This document shows, piece by piece, positions 1 through 11,016 of a stretch of DNA of 64,000 nucleotides (position 1 is its first letter; each line of letters opens with the position of its first letter). Under the pieces are notes generated by a model. That model was not told the DNA's origin and made no database searches. It worked only from the letters and a program-made list of their open reading frames with translations. The position numbers and the translations under genes were made by a program. Source of the stretch: Podarcis melisellensis (Eukaryota); NCBI GenBank assembly GCA_964234715.1, contig OZ174277.1, one strand, 5' to 3'.

Positions 1-227
1 TTCGTTCTGCGAGTTTTTTCGTTCTGCAAGTTTTTTCATCTTGCGAAGCACGGATTCCCTGGGTATTAACGGTTTTAAGAAAAAGGAAACAAACTCGCAA
101 GATGTTTTCATCTTGCGAAGCAAGCCCATAGGGAAATTCATCTTGCGAAGCAACTAAAAAAACGAAAAACTCTTTCGTCTTGCGAGTTTTTCGTCTTACG
201 AGGCATTCGTCTTGCGAGGTACCACTG
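1..227. mobile_element. Right end of a Tc1/mariner (Tigger/pogo-like) MITE, cut by the window edge
   Basis: Ends in TIR ...GAGGTACCACTG followed by TA (228-229); internal repeats of TTCRTCTTGCGAR. Confidence 0.8.
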
Positions 228-339
228 TATAGGAATGGATTAATCTGTCTGTTTCCAATCCCTGCCATTTTGCATGTGTTTGTCCATTAGTCCATTCTAC
301 CCTATTTCCCCATTAATCTATGAATTGATATTGATTGAT

Positions 340-812
340 TGATTGCATTTATATCCCACATTTTTCTCCAAAGACTTCAAGGTGGTGTGCATGGTTCTCC
401 CCTTGCTCATTTAATCCACACAACAAACCTGTGAGGTAGGTGAACTGAGTGGCAGAGACTGGCTCAATGTCACCCACTGAACGTCATGGCTGAGTGCGGA
501 GCTGAACCCAGGTCTCCCAAGTCCTAGTCCATGGGTAGGCAAACTAAGGCCCGGGGGCTGGATCCGGTTCAATTGCCTTCTAAATCCAGCCTGCAGCCGG
601 TCTGGGAATCAGCGTGTTTTTACATAAGTAGAATGTGTCCTTTTATTTAAAATGTATCTCTGGGTTATTTATGGGACATAGGAATTCGTTCATTCCTCCC
701 AAAAAATATAGTCTGGTCCCCCACAAGGTCTGAGGGACAATGGACTGGCCCCCTGCTGAAAATGTTTGCTGACCCCTGTCCTAGTCTGACTATCTAACAA
801 CGCTGGCTCTCC
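340..812 (-). mobile_element. Old MIR/CORE-like tRNA-derived SINE, interrupted by a hAT MITE
   Basis: Reverse-strand core (CACAACAAACCTGTGAGGTAGG...GAACCCAGGTCTCC) and A-rich tail near 340; resumes after the TSD at 779-786. Boundaries approximate. Confidence 0.6.
530..778 (+). mobile_element. Non-autonomous hAT (Charlie/Buster-type) MITE, ~249 bp
   Basis: Termini CATGGGTAGGCAAAC ... GTTTGCTGACCCCTG; exact 8-bp TSD TCCTAGTC at 522-529 and 779-786; second copy at 36998-38881. Confidence 0.9.
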
Positions 813-1063
813 ATGAAACTTCCATGACAATGCACATTTAACTATATATTTAAAATGCTTTTTATCACCAATCATGTGATTCTAAACACATGTCCTCTCA
901 AAACGAATGATTTTAAATGCACTCTTGTAATTTTTGGCAGGCCCAAACATTGCATCGGAATATTGGGTGCAAAAGCTGGCAAATTACTGAGCTCTGCTCT
1001 GCACCTTCATCTGCAGGGTACCAATTAGTTCAAACCATGAACTAGTTCTAGAATTTGCAATAC

Positions 1064-1712
1064 TTTTTTTTAAAAAAAATATTTTTATTAGGGTTTCAAC
1101 AGATTTTATCATAACAAACAAAACAACACAATAACAGACAATAAACAATATAACACAAAAAAATCAAACAGAAATATATAAGTTCAATTCTTAATTTCAT
1201 GTACCTTACTTTCCCGACTTCCTCACACCTCCCTTTTCTGTATTCCAATTTCCAAATTAGTTTCAGCAAACTCTTCCATTATTTTGTCTGATTTTAATGT
1301 TACTTAATTTCTTTTAAATTAACCATTGCCGCTATTAACCACTTATCTTCTAATCCCCCATCATTGATTAATTTTGCTATGTTTCTTTACTTGTTACTTA
1401 TAAGACATCTTTGCACGTTCCTTTCAACTTTGTCACTAATGCCGCACTATCTCTATATCCTGCATCATTTTAACATTCAAATAGTTTACAATGTTTTTGC
1501 AGATAATCTTTAAATTTCATCCAATCTTCTTCTGTTTGTTCTTCTCCCAAGTCTCGGATTCTGCCAGTCTTTTCTGCCAGTTCCATGTAGTCTATCAGTT
1601 GCATCTGCCATTCTTCCAAGGTGGGCAAATCTTGTGCCTTCCAGTACTTTGCGATGAGTATTCTTGCTGCTGTTGTTGCATACATGAAAAAGGTTCTATC
1701 CTTCTTTAATAA
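1064..1712 (-). mobile_element. 5'-truncated L1-clade LINE (ORF2 C-terminus, 3' UTR, polyA)
   Basis: ORF 1470-1721 'YATTAARILIAKYWK..PTLEEW' resembles an L1 ORF2 C-terminus; AATAAA (minus, 1084-1089) and an A-tail; near-TSD AATTTGCAA(A)TACT at 1052-1064 and 1713-1726. Confidence 0.8.
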
Positions 1713-3085
1713 AATTTGCAAATACTGAATTCCTCAAGCATCTACACTCTAATCCATTTGTCCATCTGTCACATTTTTGGCTGCAGGTTGTTTAGAACAG
1801 TAACTTGTGCTTAGGCTTTCAAGCTGGCTGTAGTTCTGACTGAATGAAAGAAGCAAAGTGATTCTGGCAGTATTAACACACATTCCTTCAACCCACTTTG
1901 GGTTTACTGCAACACTTACGGTAACTCAATTCCACAGAAACTCACCCTTTGACTTTAATAGAAAGGGTAACTGTCCTATTTTCCCATAATCTTTTCTTTA
2001 AAAATACAAGCAAACAGCTAGAAATCTGCATGTATTATACAAAAGCAGACTTAGTAAGAGAGCAGCAAAGTGCAAAGCTACATTTTGTGAAATGGTCCAG
2101 AAAAACTCAAGAATTAAACAGAATAGAAATTGTGTTTGATTAAAAAAAGCCTACTTAGCAAAACTGAAAACCTTGCTTTAAAGCTTTGATGTTTTTATTA
2201 CTACACATGAATATTCATTTTCCAAGAATGATTTGTATAATGTGATATTTGTAGACATGCATATGCAATAGAGATAATAGAAGTCTGAATCCTTGAGGAA
2301 CCATACTTTTAGTTTATCACATAAAGACTTGTAAATAACTGAAACGCAAACATGCATTGGAACCTAAAGGCCACTGAAAATGACTGATTCCGCAGAGAAT
2401 ATGCAATCCACATTATGTATGCAGGTAGGAAAATGTACAGAAGGATCACAAAATACCATGTCTTAAGTTTAATAACCCATTTAATATTGCCTTTCAATTC
2501 CATTTCATGCTCAGTAAAGCAAGAATAACTGAACCTTTCACTGATTCTGATGTCAGATGAATAGCTTTTGTTTTGAAAGCTGCAGTTAGAATGCCTTATT
2601 ATAGCCAATAATTAAGGTCTACCATTGGGGTCATATTGGTGCTTTCCAGTAATATAGTCAAAGACTGGCAAGTGAATCATTCCAATGATAAACACTTGTG
2701 GGGGCTTTTTATCTTAAACTATGGGGCTACACCTAACTGGGTTATAAACTGGTACAATATTGAAATGTTTATTAGACTGAGGTAAGCACAATGCCATTCA
2801 CTGTCCCATTTAGTAAAGTTAATGGCAAAAGAAAAGACAGGGCAGCTAGACTCATGGTGTGTTAAAACTGTTTTGGAAAGGTTAATAGTTATAGCACTTC
2901 ATGTCTCCAAAGGGGGGAAAAATAGTAGGTGGAATTATTCAACATCAGGGTAAGGAGATTTTTCTGTTTAGCACAATCATTTATCCTTGCCAGATGGAAT
3001 GATCTTCCCTCTTCTCCCCCATGTGTACTGTTTTAGGGTTTCTCTGAATCCTCTAGATAGGATTTGAGGAAGTGTAAGGGGGGAA

Positions 3086-3449
3086 GGGACGCGGGTGGCG
3101 CTGTGGGTTAAAGCCTCAGCGCCTAGGGCTTGCTGATCGAAAGGTCGGTGGTTCGAATCCCCGCGGTAGGGTGCGCTCCCGTTGCTCGGTCCCAGCGCCT
3201 GCCAACCTAGCAGTTCGAAAGCACCCCCAGGTGCAAGTAGATAAATAGGGACCGCTTACTAGCGGGAAGGTAAACGGCGTTTCCGTGTGCTGCGCTGGCT
3301 CACCAGATGCAGCTTTGTCACGCTGGCCACGTGACCCGGAAGTGTCTCCGGACAGCGCTGGCCCGTGGCCTCTTAAGTGAGATGGGCGCACAACCCCAGA
3401 GTCTGTCAAGACTGGCCTGTACGGGCAGGGGTACCTTTACCTTTACCTT
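3086..3449 (+). mobile_element. Sauria SINE, full length, young
   Basis: GGGACGCGGGTGGCGCTGTGG head, B-box GGTTCGAATCC, (ACCTTT)n tail, 11-bp TSD TAAGGGGGGAA (3075-3085, 3450-3460), CpGs retained. Confidence 0.95.
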
Positions 3450-4356
3450 TAAGGGGGGAATATCATTGTACTTGTGGAACTCATTGCTAGTGGGACTAAC
3501 CCATTAGTTGAATCCAGCCCAGCATGTTGGGATCCAGCCAACTAAGGCCCTATTTATATATACAGTTTATATTGTACATTTAGTAAGAAAGCTGCTTTTA
3601 GACTTCACATTGCCGGACATCCTCCCCCAAAGAACGTCCTTTAATATAGAAACTTTTTGTATCGGGGCAACAGTTTCAGCCTAGCATGGTATCTTTCTTC
3701 CGGGAGTTTGTTTTCCCAGCAGACTGAAGTGTTGAAGTAAAAATAAAAAAAATAAAAAATCACTTTATTATGCTGCAAGTATAAAAATAGACAATGGGAA
3801 CAATATAAGAAGAGTGAGCAATGATTAGAAATAAAAATTTCAAATTCTTCCATCATTTGCCCTCTTTTGCAGTATTATACCACCATGATACTGGTGCTTT
3901 GGCTGCCAAAATGAGCAATCTTAAGCAATGAAAAGTTTAAGGAAAACACGAGTATTAAATAAGGTTATAAATTCAAAATTGCACATTATATTAGGCAAAA
4001 TTTTGACTTAGCTGGAAATGGGAAATGGTGGAAGTAAGAGTAAAAGGGATGAAAGTGAGAGTAAAAGAGGATATTGCAAGATCCTTTGTATGTTACCAAT
4101 CCATTTTCAGTTTATGTCAGCCACTACAGATTGTTGGTAGTTAAGTGTGTCGATGTGACGATGTGCCTACGTCAATTCCAAGTGCTTTAGCCAGGGTTAT
4201 GGAATGTCAGCTCACATCTTTGTAGGCATCTTAAAACCATCTCACTGATTTTAAATGGATATAACTGATGCTCACCTATTCATTTCTGTTGGGCTGTCAT
4301 ACTTTGAGCAGGAGACCCATTGAATAAAATGTGACTTAAGGTAATCATCTAAAAAA

Positions 4357-4739
4357 AGGGTAAAGGTATAGGACCCCTGGATGGTTAAGTTCAGTTGAAT
4401 TCAACTGTGGGGTGCAGTGCACATCTCCACTTTCAGGCCAAGGGAGCCAGCGTTTGTCCACAGACAGCTATTCTGGGTTATGTGGCTTGCAGGACTAAAC
4501 TGCTTCTGACACACAGAACACCGTGAAAAGAGCCAGAGTGCATGGAAATGCTGTTTATCTTCCTGCCGTTTCAGTACCTATTTATCTACGCATGCTGGTA
4601 TGCTTTCGAACTGCTAGGTTGGCAGGAACTGGGACAAAGCAACAGGAGCTCACCCCACCTCATGGATTTGAACTGCCGACCTTATGATTGGCAAGCCCAA
4701 GAGGCTCGGTGGTTTAGACCACATTGCCACCCACATCCC
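4357..4739 (-). mobile_element. Sauria SINE
   Basis: Reverse-complement match to the 3086-3449 copy; AAAGGTA tail at the left end. Confidence 0.9.
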
Positions 4740-6441
4740 ACAAATCATATGTCTTCATCTATGCCAATGATTTTCTTTGTGTACAATAAAACAAAAAAGA
4801 TGAAGAGTGCAGCCTAACAGATGTCTAGGATAATAAATGGTCAACAAAATCTAACATACGAATGATAGCAGAAAGTGATACATAGATATCATTTACTGAA
4901 GAAAGATGTAATAGTCTATAACATCTTGTAAAAAATCTAGATGGAGCACTTGCATTTTATAACTTCTGCCAAGAAACTGCTCAATGGAAGGCCAGTCATG
5001 GAAGGTTTCTTTTATATTTTCCAATTAAGCGTGGATCTCAGTGCATATATTTCATTGGGGGGGCACTTCCCTGATGAATGTTGTTTTCTATCCTGGAAAC
5101 ATGGTACTAACATAATTTAAAATGAATATGGCAGGGAAATGTATAGGTACCAAGGTTTTGCTTTGTTTTTACTACCAATGAACATTGTGATCAACTTCGG
5201 AAGTGCAACAGCACATTATGTTTTCAACAAAGCGTTAAAATGTATAAAAGCACATTGTTATTCTGCTGTGTTGATTGCTGGAGTGTTGTTTTTTAGCAAC
5301 TCAAAGGCACCTGCAAGTTTTAACTTTAAAAGAGAAGGAAAAAACCCAACGAAATATTGTTTATTTCTCAGAAAATCTTTTAATGACTTTTCCCATTTTT
5401 TGGCCTCTGTTTGTCTTTTGTTTATCAACATGCTTCGAAGAGTTGCCTTTAATGGTGTGTGATTATCATGTTACATTCCTCTTCACTATGATTTGACATA
5501 CACATCAAATTAATGTCTAGGAGATAAAAGCTCTGACTTAATATATTTTTACTTTATGAGAAAAATCTCTGATCTTTAATTATCTACTGAGAAGTGGTAC
5601 TTGGAAAATTCCTATATATTGCAAGGTAACAACATCTTCAGATTAGTTTATATTGCTAAAAGAATATTAGGAAGGATATAGTAGACATAACTATTGTGTG
5701 GACTCCTGACATGGAATTTTCAGCAGCTGCTCCAAATTTGTGAATTGCCCTTCCTGGTGAGGTATGTCTGCCTCCCACATTACTGACTTTCAGGAGAATT
5801 TTTAAACATCCCCATTTAACCAGACATCTGATGGCTATAAGAAACTGTTCCTTGCAACCCTGTGACCACTTTCTAAAGAATGTATTAAACTGATTTTAAT
5901 TTAACAATAATAATAACAATAACTGTTTTATCACTGATATGTTTAACATCCTGGGCTCCTTCTGGAGGAAAGGTGGGAAATAATTTGGATTAATAATAAT
6001 AACCCTCTAAATTGTGGGACCCCAATAATACAATAATCTGTTCATTTTGCCTATTGTCCTAATCAGATTTTAGAATTTTAAGGCAACAGTACAACAACAA
6101 CTGCAGGTATTTTTTGTCAACTGAAATCTATATTTTAGGTTTCATACTCTACTCTTTTGATGTCTCTCAGAAATATTCCACAAGATTCTGTGGGATGGTA
6201 GTTAATCTATATATCTTTAAAGTATAACATTATTGACTTTTGAGTTTAGATCCTTGTGATCTAATAACATCTTAGATGGTCCCCAGTCAATATGACTTGT
6301 GCCAATAAATCTTAATATTGACAACAAGAGTCAATACCTTCTTAGGGTTTTTCCAAGTGGTGCTATAAAATGATGATGGTATGAAGCATGCAAAACAGTG
6401 ATGGCAATTCCTCTGATGTTTCATATCGACATCCAGTTTGA

Positions 6442-6447
6442 TTTATT
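6442..6447 (-). terminator. Candidate polyadenylation signal AATAAA
   Basis: AATAAA about 220 nt downstream of the stop at 6665-6667, followed by CA dinucleotides and a U/GU-rich stretch; the hexamer is common in AT-rich DNA. Confidence 0.3.
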
Positions 6448-6664
6448 TTTCAGAAACCTGCTGACTGTGTGCAGCATTCTGAGTTCACGGAACAGCAATG
6501 CTATTATTCCTATTACAACAAGAAGTGTGTTTTTGTCTGTCACAAAACATTTGGACATTTGGCCCTCCAGGCCAAAAAATGAACAGCGAAAAGATGCACA
6601 CATTTAAATACTTAGATTTATACTTATAGAGCTAGATCCACTATTAATGTTCTATATACAAAAG

Positions 6665-6888
6665 TTACTGCAGTACAGTGGAGACTCCTGCTGCAAAAAG
6701 TGGGTGTGGGTGTGACCTGATTCTCTCTTCTCTGCAAGTCACACACCGTTCCAGAGAGTCCCTCAGTCCTCTGGACCAGGCTATCAGGGAACACAGGAAG
6801 CTTTTGGAAGAAGCAGGAATCAGTGAAGCTAATGTGTCTCCTTCGTCCAGTGGGAGTGTCCCATGAGTAGCGTTTTGCTGAAAGGACT
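6665..6888 (-). CDS. Candidate terminal coding exon of an unidentified gene (frame and strand ambiguous)
   Basis: Non-repetitive island richer in GC than its flanks; possible acceptor TCCAG| at 6889; frame ESFQQNATHGTL...HPLFAAGVSTVLQ* is open, as are a second minus frame (to 6624) and one plus frame; protein not recognised. Confidence 0.35.
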
Positions 6889-8371
6889 CTGGATCCAGAC
6901 CATACAATGAACATAAAAAAAGTAATAGGTAACCAAAAATAGTATATTTTACTTTAACATACGCTTCCTATTTCAGTTGTAACTTATTGCCAACGGTATG
7001 TCTGCTGTCCATACCTTGGCAAAAGAAGTAGTGTTCTGACTAATGTCTCTACTTTGGCACATCAGAACTACAAACACTGGCAAATATAGCATCTTGGGTT
7101 TCAGATATAAAATTCAGTCCGCAGAAACACAACACAGAGGTTCATCTGTCTCAGGAAACTGAGATAGCAGCCAAACTGACCATGCAACTCAAAACCCATT
7201 GACAACCTCAGCCTTGGACGCTTTATGCCATTTCTGAAAAGAAAAATTAAATGTGTACCTCCTTGCAGTCTGCTCTTGATTTTACAGTGAGTTTGTTGTT
7301 CAGAATTGTGAATTAATGTGTTCTATTTAATTAAATGCATCCAGCTGCAATGTAATTTCCCATAGGTTATATAACCTCATCCGGAACAGAAAGTCTTCTA
7401 CACTCCATACAATTACAATGAAAAAATAACTAAATAACTAACTAAATAAAGCTGTTTATATATTGGCAAGAATGAATGATATCAACAGAGCACTTCAGTT
7501 ACACAGAGTATTGATAATAATTTAATTCTTCCCCCATTGTGCTGTACAACCATATACTGTGGAAGTTAATATTATAATGGGCAAACTGGAGTAATTATCA
7601 TCATTCTAATATTCCTATTTAAATGCATGAAAAACTGATTAGCTGAAGGAGACCCTATTGCATCTGCCTAATACTTATGCTAATGCAAAGTCCATATTAT
7701 ACTAAAGGTTAGAGTTTACAGAAATAGTGTCCACCAAACATATTTTTTAAAGTACAACTATTATTTCATTTGCAGATATTTAATCAATATAATACATGTG
7801 AAAGACCATGCATTGTATGTATTAGAGTCCATTTAGAGATAATAGTGTCAATATTTGTGACAATTCTTTGTTATAATTCTCAATGATTAAATGTCCATTT
7901 TGTCTGAAAAGTTTACCTGGTGAGGCTTAGCTTGTCAGGACATTGTGCATTTGTATTAACACCCTATTGAAATGGAAAAGGTAGTGTTTCAGCCCTCTAT
8001 AAATGGGAACATGCAGACTTGCTAAAACCCAATTGCCTTTCCCTTCCTAATCTGATCAAGACAACACTTATCACTATTGAGAGCCCTGAAGTGTGTGGCT
8101 TTACACAGTAACTCAGAGCAGGGCTTTCAGTGTGTCTGCCCCTGTTCTGCTGAATAGCATTGCTGTTGAGACATGACAGGTGCCCACTATCTATCTGCAC
8201 TTTCTGGAAACTGCCAGCAGACCTTCCCTGCTGGATGAATGGATTTCTGCCATGGGGCATCTTTTTTTAAGATGCTTTTGACTGCTTTTTGTTATTTTAC
8301 AGTACATCACCTTGAGATAGCCGTGCAACAGGTGATTAATAAATAAACAATCATGGTTAGTACCATAATGA

Positions 8372-8685
8372 AGAGATGCGGGTGGCACTGTACTCAAAAC
8401 TACTGAGTCTCTTGGGCTTGTCAATCAGAAAGTTGGTGGTTCAAATCCACGCAATGGGGTGAGCTCCGGTTGCTCTCTCCCAGCTTCTGCCAACCTAGCA
8501 GTTCAAAAGCACACCAGTTCAAGTAAATAAATAGGTACCACTACAGTGGGAAGGTAAACAGCATTTCCATGCACTCTGGCACTCATCATGGACCTCCATG
8601 TGCCAGAAGCGGAGATGAGCACCACACCTCTTAGTCGCCTTTGACTGGACTTAACTGTCCTGGGGTCCTTTACCTTTTTACCTTT
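8372..8685 (+). mobile_element. Sauria SINE with an internal deletion
   Basis: Sauria head and body, ACCTTT tail; 10-bp TSD GTACCATAAT (8360-8369, 8686-8695). Confidence 0.9.
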
Positions 8686-9795
8686 GTACCATAATAGATT
8701 TACCTTGATTCATGCCGGACCCCCACCTTTGCCAAGAAGAAGAGTCAGCCATCCTTCTCTTTTTCGCACCTGGCAATTTTCCTTCCAGTTGCCCTGCTAT
8801 TCTTTCACTAATTTTGATTTTTTAAAATTATAACTAGCCTTAGCCATCTGATCTCATGAAAGGTTTAAGAGACTCTGTGAGATCTCACAAGCATTATGAT
8901 TCCAGGCCAGCAGGCTTGCTTGGTTAAAGTCAGTCTGATTGACTCCTGGAGCTTTGCTGATCCCTGCCTGTAAAGTGTTGCCATGGCTGAGGAGCATGGT
9001 AAAGCAAGTTTTAGACACAAGTCCTGAGTAAACATGCCAACCAATTCCTTCAATATATCCCCTTTTAGAATAGGCATCATGCTGATATTGTGCCAGTTAC
9101 GAGCTAGGAGCAACAGTCCAGATACCAAACTGACAGTCTGGACAAGGGCAGATTGTTAATGCTTTGTTAGGTGGTCCAAATTTGGCCCAAGGATTATCAG
9201 CTGCATACCTGCTATTACAAAAAGGGGGAGACTTCAGTTTTAGCTGAAAACAAATGTTGCCAACATTTTGAGAAGCAGATATCAAAGTTCAAAATAAAAT
9301 TCAGAGTCTCAAATTTGTTGGTTGTGGAACTCAGATTTGAGATTTTCTTATATGCACCCATCATAAATTGGAGGATTTGTGAATAAAGAATAGTGGTCAA
9401 GAGTTTACTTGATTAAACATACCATTTAATACTGCAAATTTCTTTCAAAAGCTTATGTAAACAGATGGAAACAAGTGTTTCAGACTGTCCTAACCTCACC
9501 CAATTGTGTCGATGTTTTTCACTGCCAGGAACTGAAAACAAATCAGGTGTAGTTTTTAGATGAGCATATTTCTTTGCTGCCACTTTTTTCCTTGTGGAAA
9601 AACAACAGCTGTTCCCCCCTGGCATTATAAGCAAGAATATAGTGATTTAAGAAACAACAGCAGTATTAATTCAGGTTCATATTAATTTCTTCTATAAATC
9701 AGAGAGTAGCAAGATGAGAATAAAAATAAACATTTGAGAGAATATTTACCGTAACAGTTTTCCCTGATTGTTACCTGATATATCTATAAGCAATA

Positions 9796-10430
9796 CAGTG
9801 GTACCTTGGTTCTCAAATGCCAAATACCCGGAAGTAAGTGTTCCGGTTTCCAAAGATTTTTTGGAAGCCGAACGTCCAATGTGGCTGTTGGCTATTGTTT
9901 CCGGAGTGCCTGCACCAATCAGAAGCTGCGCCTTGGTTTTCAAACATTTCAGAAGTCAAATGGACTTCCAGAATGGATTAAGTTTGACGCTTTTGTTTTT
10001 GCTATATATTTTGTGTTTTTGTTTTGAGGCTTTTTCAATTAATTTGTTTTTGTGACTGTGTAGAACCCAGTTCAGCTACTGATTGATTGATTGATTGATT
10101 GTGTGACTGTGGAAATGAATAAAAGCCATCCAAACAATGACTATCATCAGTGCAGGTGAGAAAAAAATAATATTTTTAATTTTTATCATCTACGATACTG
10201 TCTTATTTTATAGTACAGTACATTGATTATTGCTTTCATTTTATGGATCAATGGTCTCATTAGTAAAATTCATGTTAAATTGCTGTTTTAAGGGTTTTTT
10301 TTTAACAGTCTGGAACAGATTAATCCGTTTTGCATTACTTTCTATGGGAAAGCATGCCTTGGTTTTGGAATGCTTTGGTTTTGGAACGGACTTCCGGAAC
10401 GGATTAAGTTTGAGAACCAAGGTACCACTG
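9796..10430. mobile_element. Tc1/mariner (Tigger-like) MITE, 635 bp
   Basis: TIRs CAGTGGTACCTTGGTTCTCAAA / TTTGAGAACCAAGGTACCACTG with TA on both sides. Confidence 0.92.
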
Positions 10431-10957
10431 TATATTTTATATTACTACATTGTTGTCAGATGTTGCAAACCAAGTAAACTATCCAGTTGTTAAGAAGCGG
10501 CTTTCATGGGTTTAGCAAAATATCCACTCATAACATATACAGTATCTTCTTGTTCTTTAGCATGAGGTAAGGCCTGTTTAAGATATCAACATATCATACA
10601 GGACTGACATGGTGCAAACAGTAATAAGAAAGTTAGCTGAATTGTTGTAGCTAGTATATCATGTGGTAACTAGTATAAAATTATCGCAGACAGCTTTCAT
10701 ATGCAACATGCTGTTTTTGGACAGAAATCCAGTATCACTAGTACTATATTGGCCCATTTCCAATAGTTTGGCTACAGGGTTTCTTTCCCATTTTTGTTAA
10801 ATGTTGTCAGGTTTTAAAGCAGGCACTGTGACCCCATTTAAATTTTGATCTGTAGATTCCCTAGGCACTATAGCCAAGTACTCTGAGGGAAATGTAAACT
10901 GTTCCTGCTTGGTCATCAGATCCATTATCTGATGGGCAGAGCATGGCATCAGCAGGT

Positions 10958-10959
<2 letters not shown>

Positions 10960-11016
<57 letters not shown>
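10960..11016. repeat. (CT)n microsatellite
   Basis: About 28 dinucleotide units with one interruption. Confidence 0.98.

Noticed and set aside
1-227. Regularly recurring TCTTGCGA repeats resembling a CRISPR array
   Set aside because: Vertebrate DNA, short degenerate units, ends in a mariner TIR plus TA; no cas genes
3086-3165. tRNA gene (A/B boxes)
   Set aside because: Head of a Sauria SINE with body, tail and TSD; likewise 50790-50910 is a SINE relic
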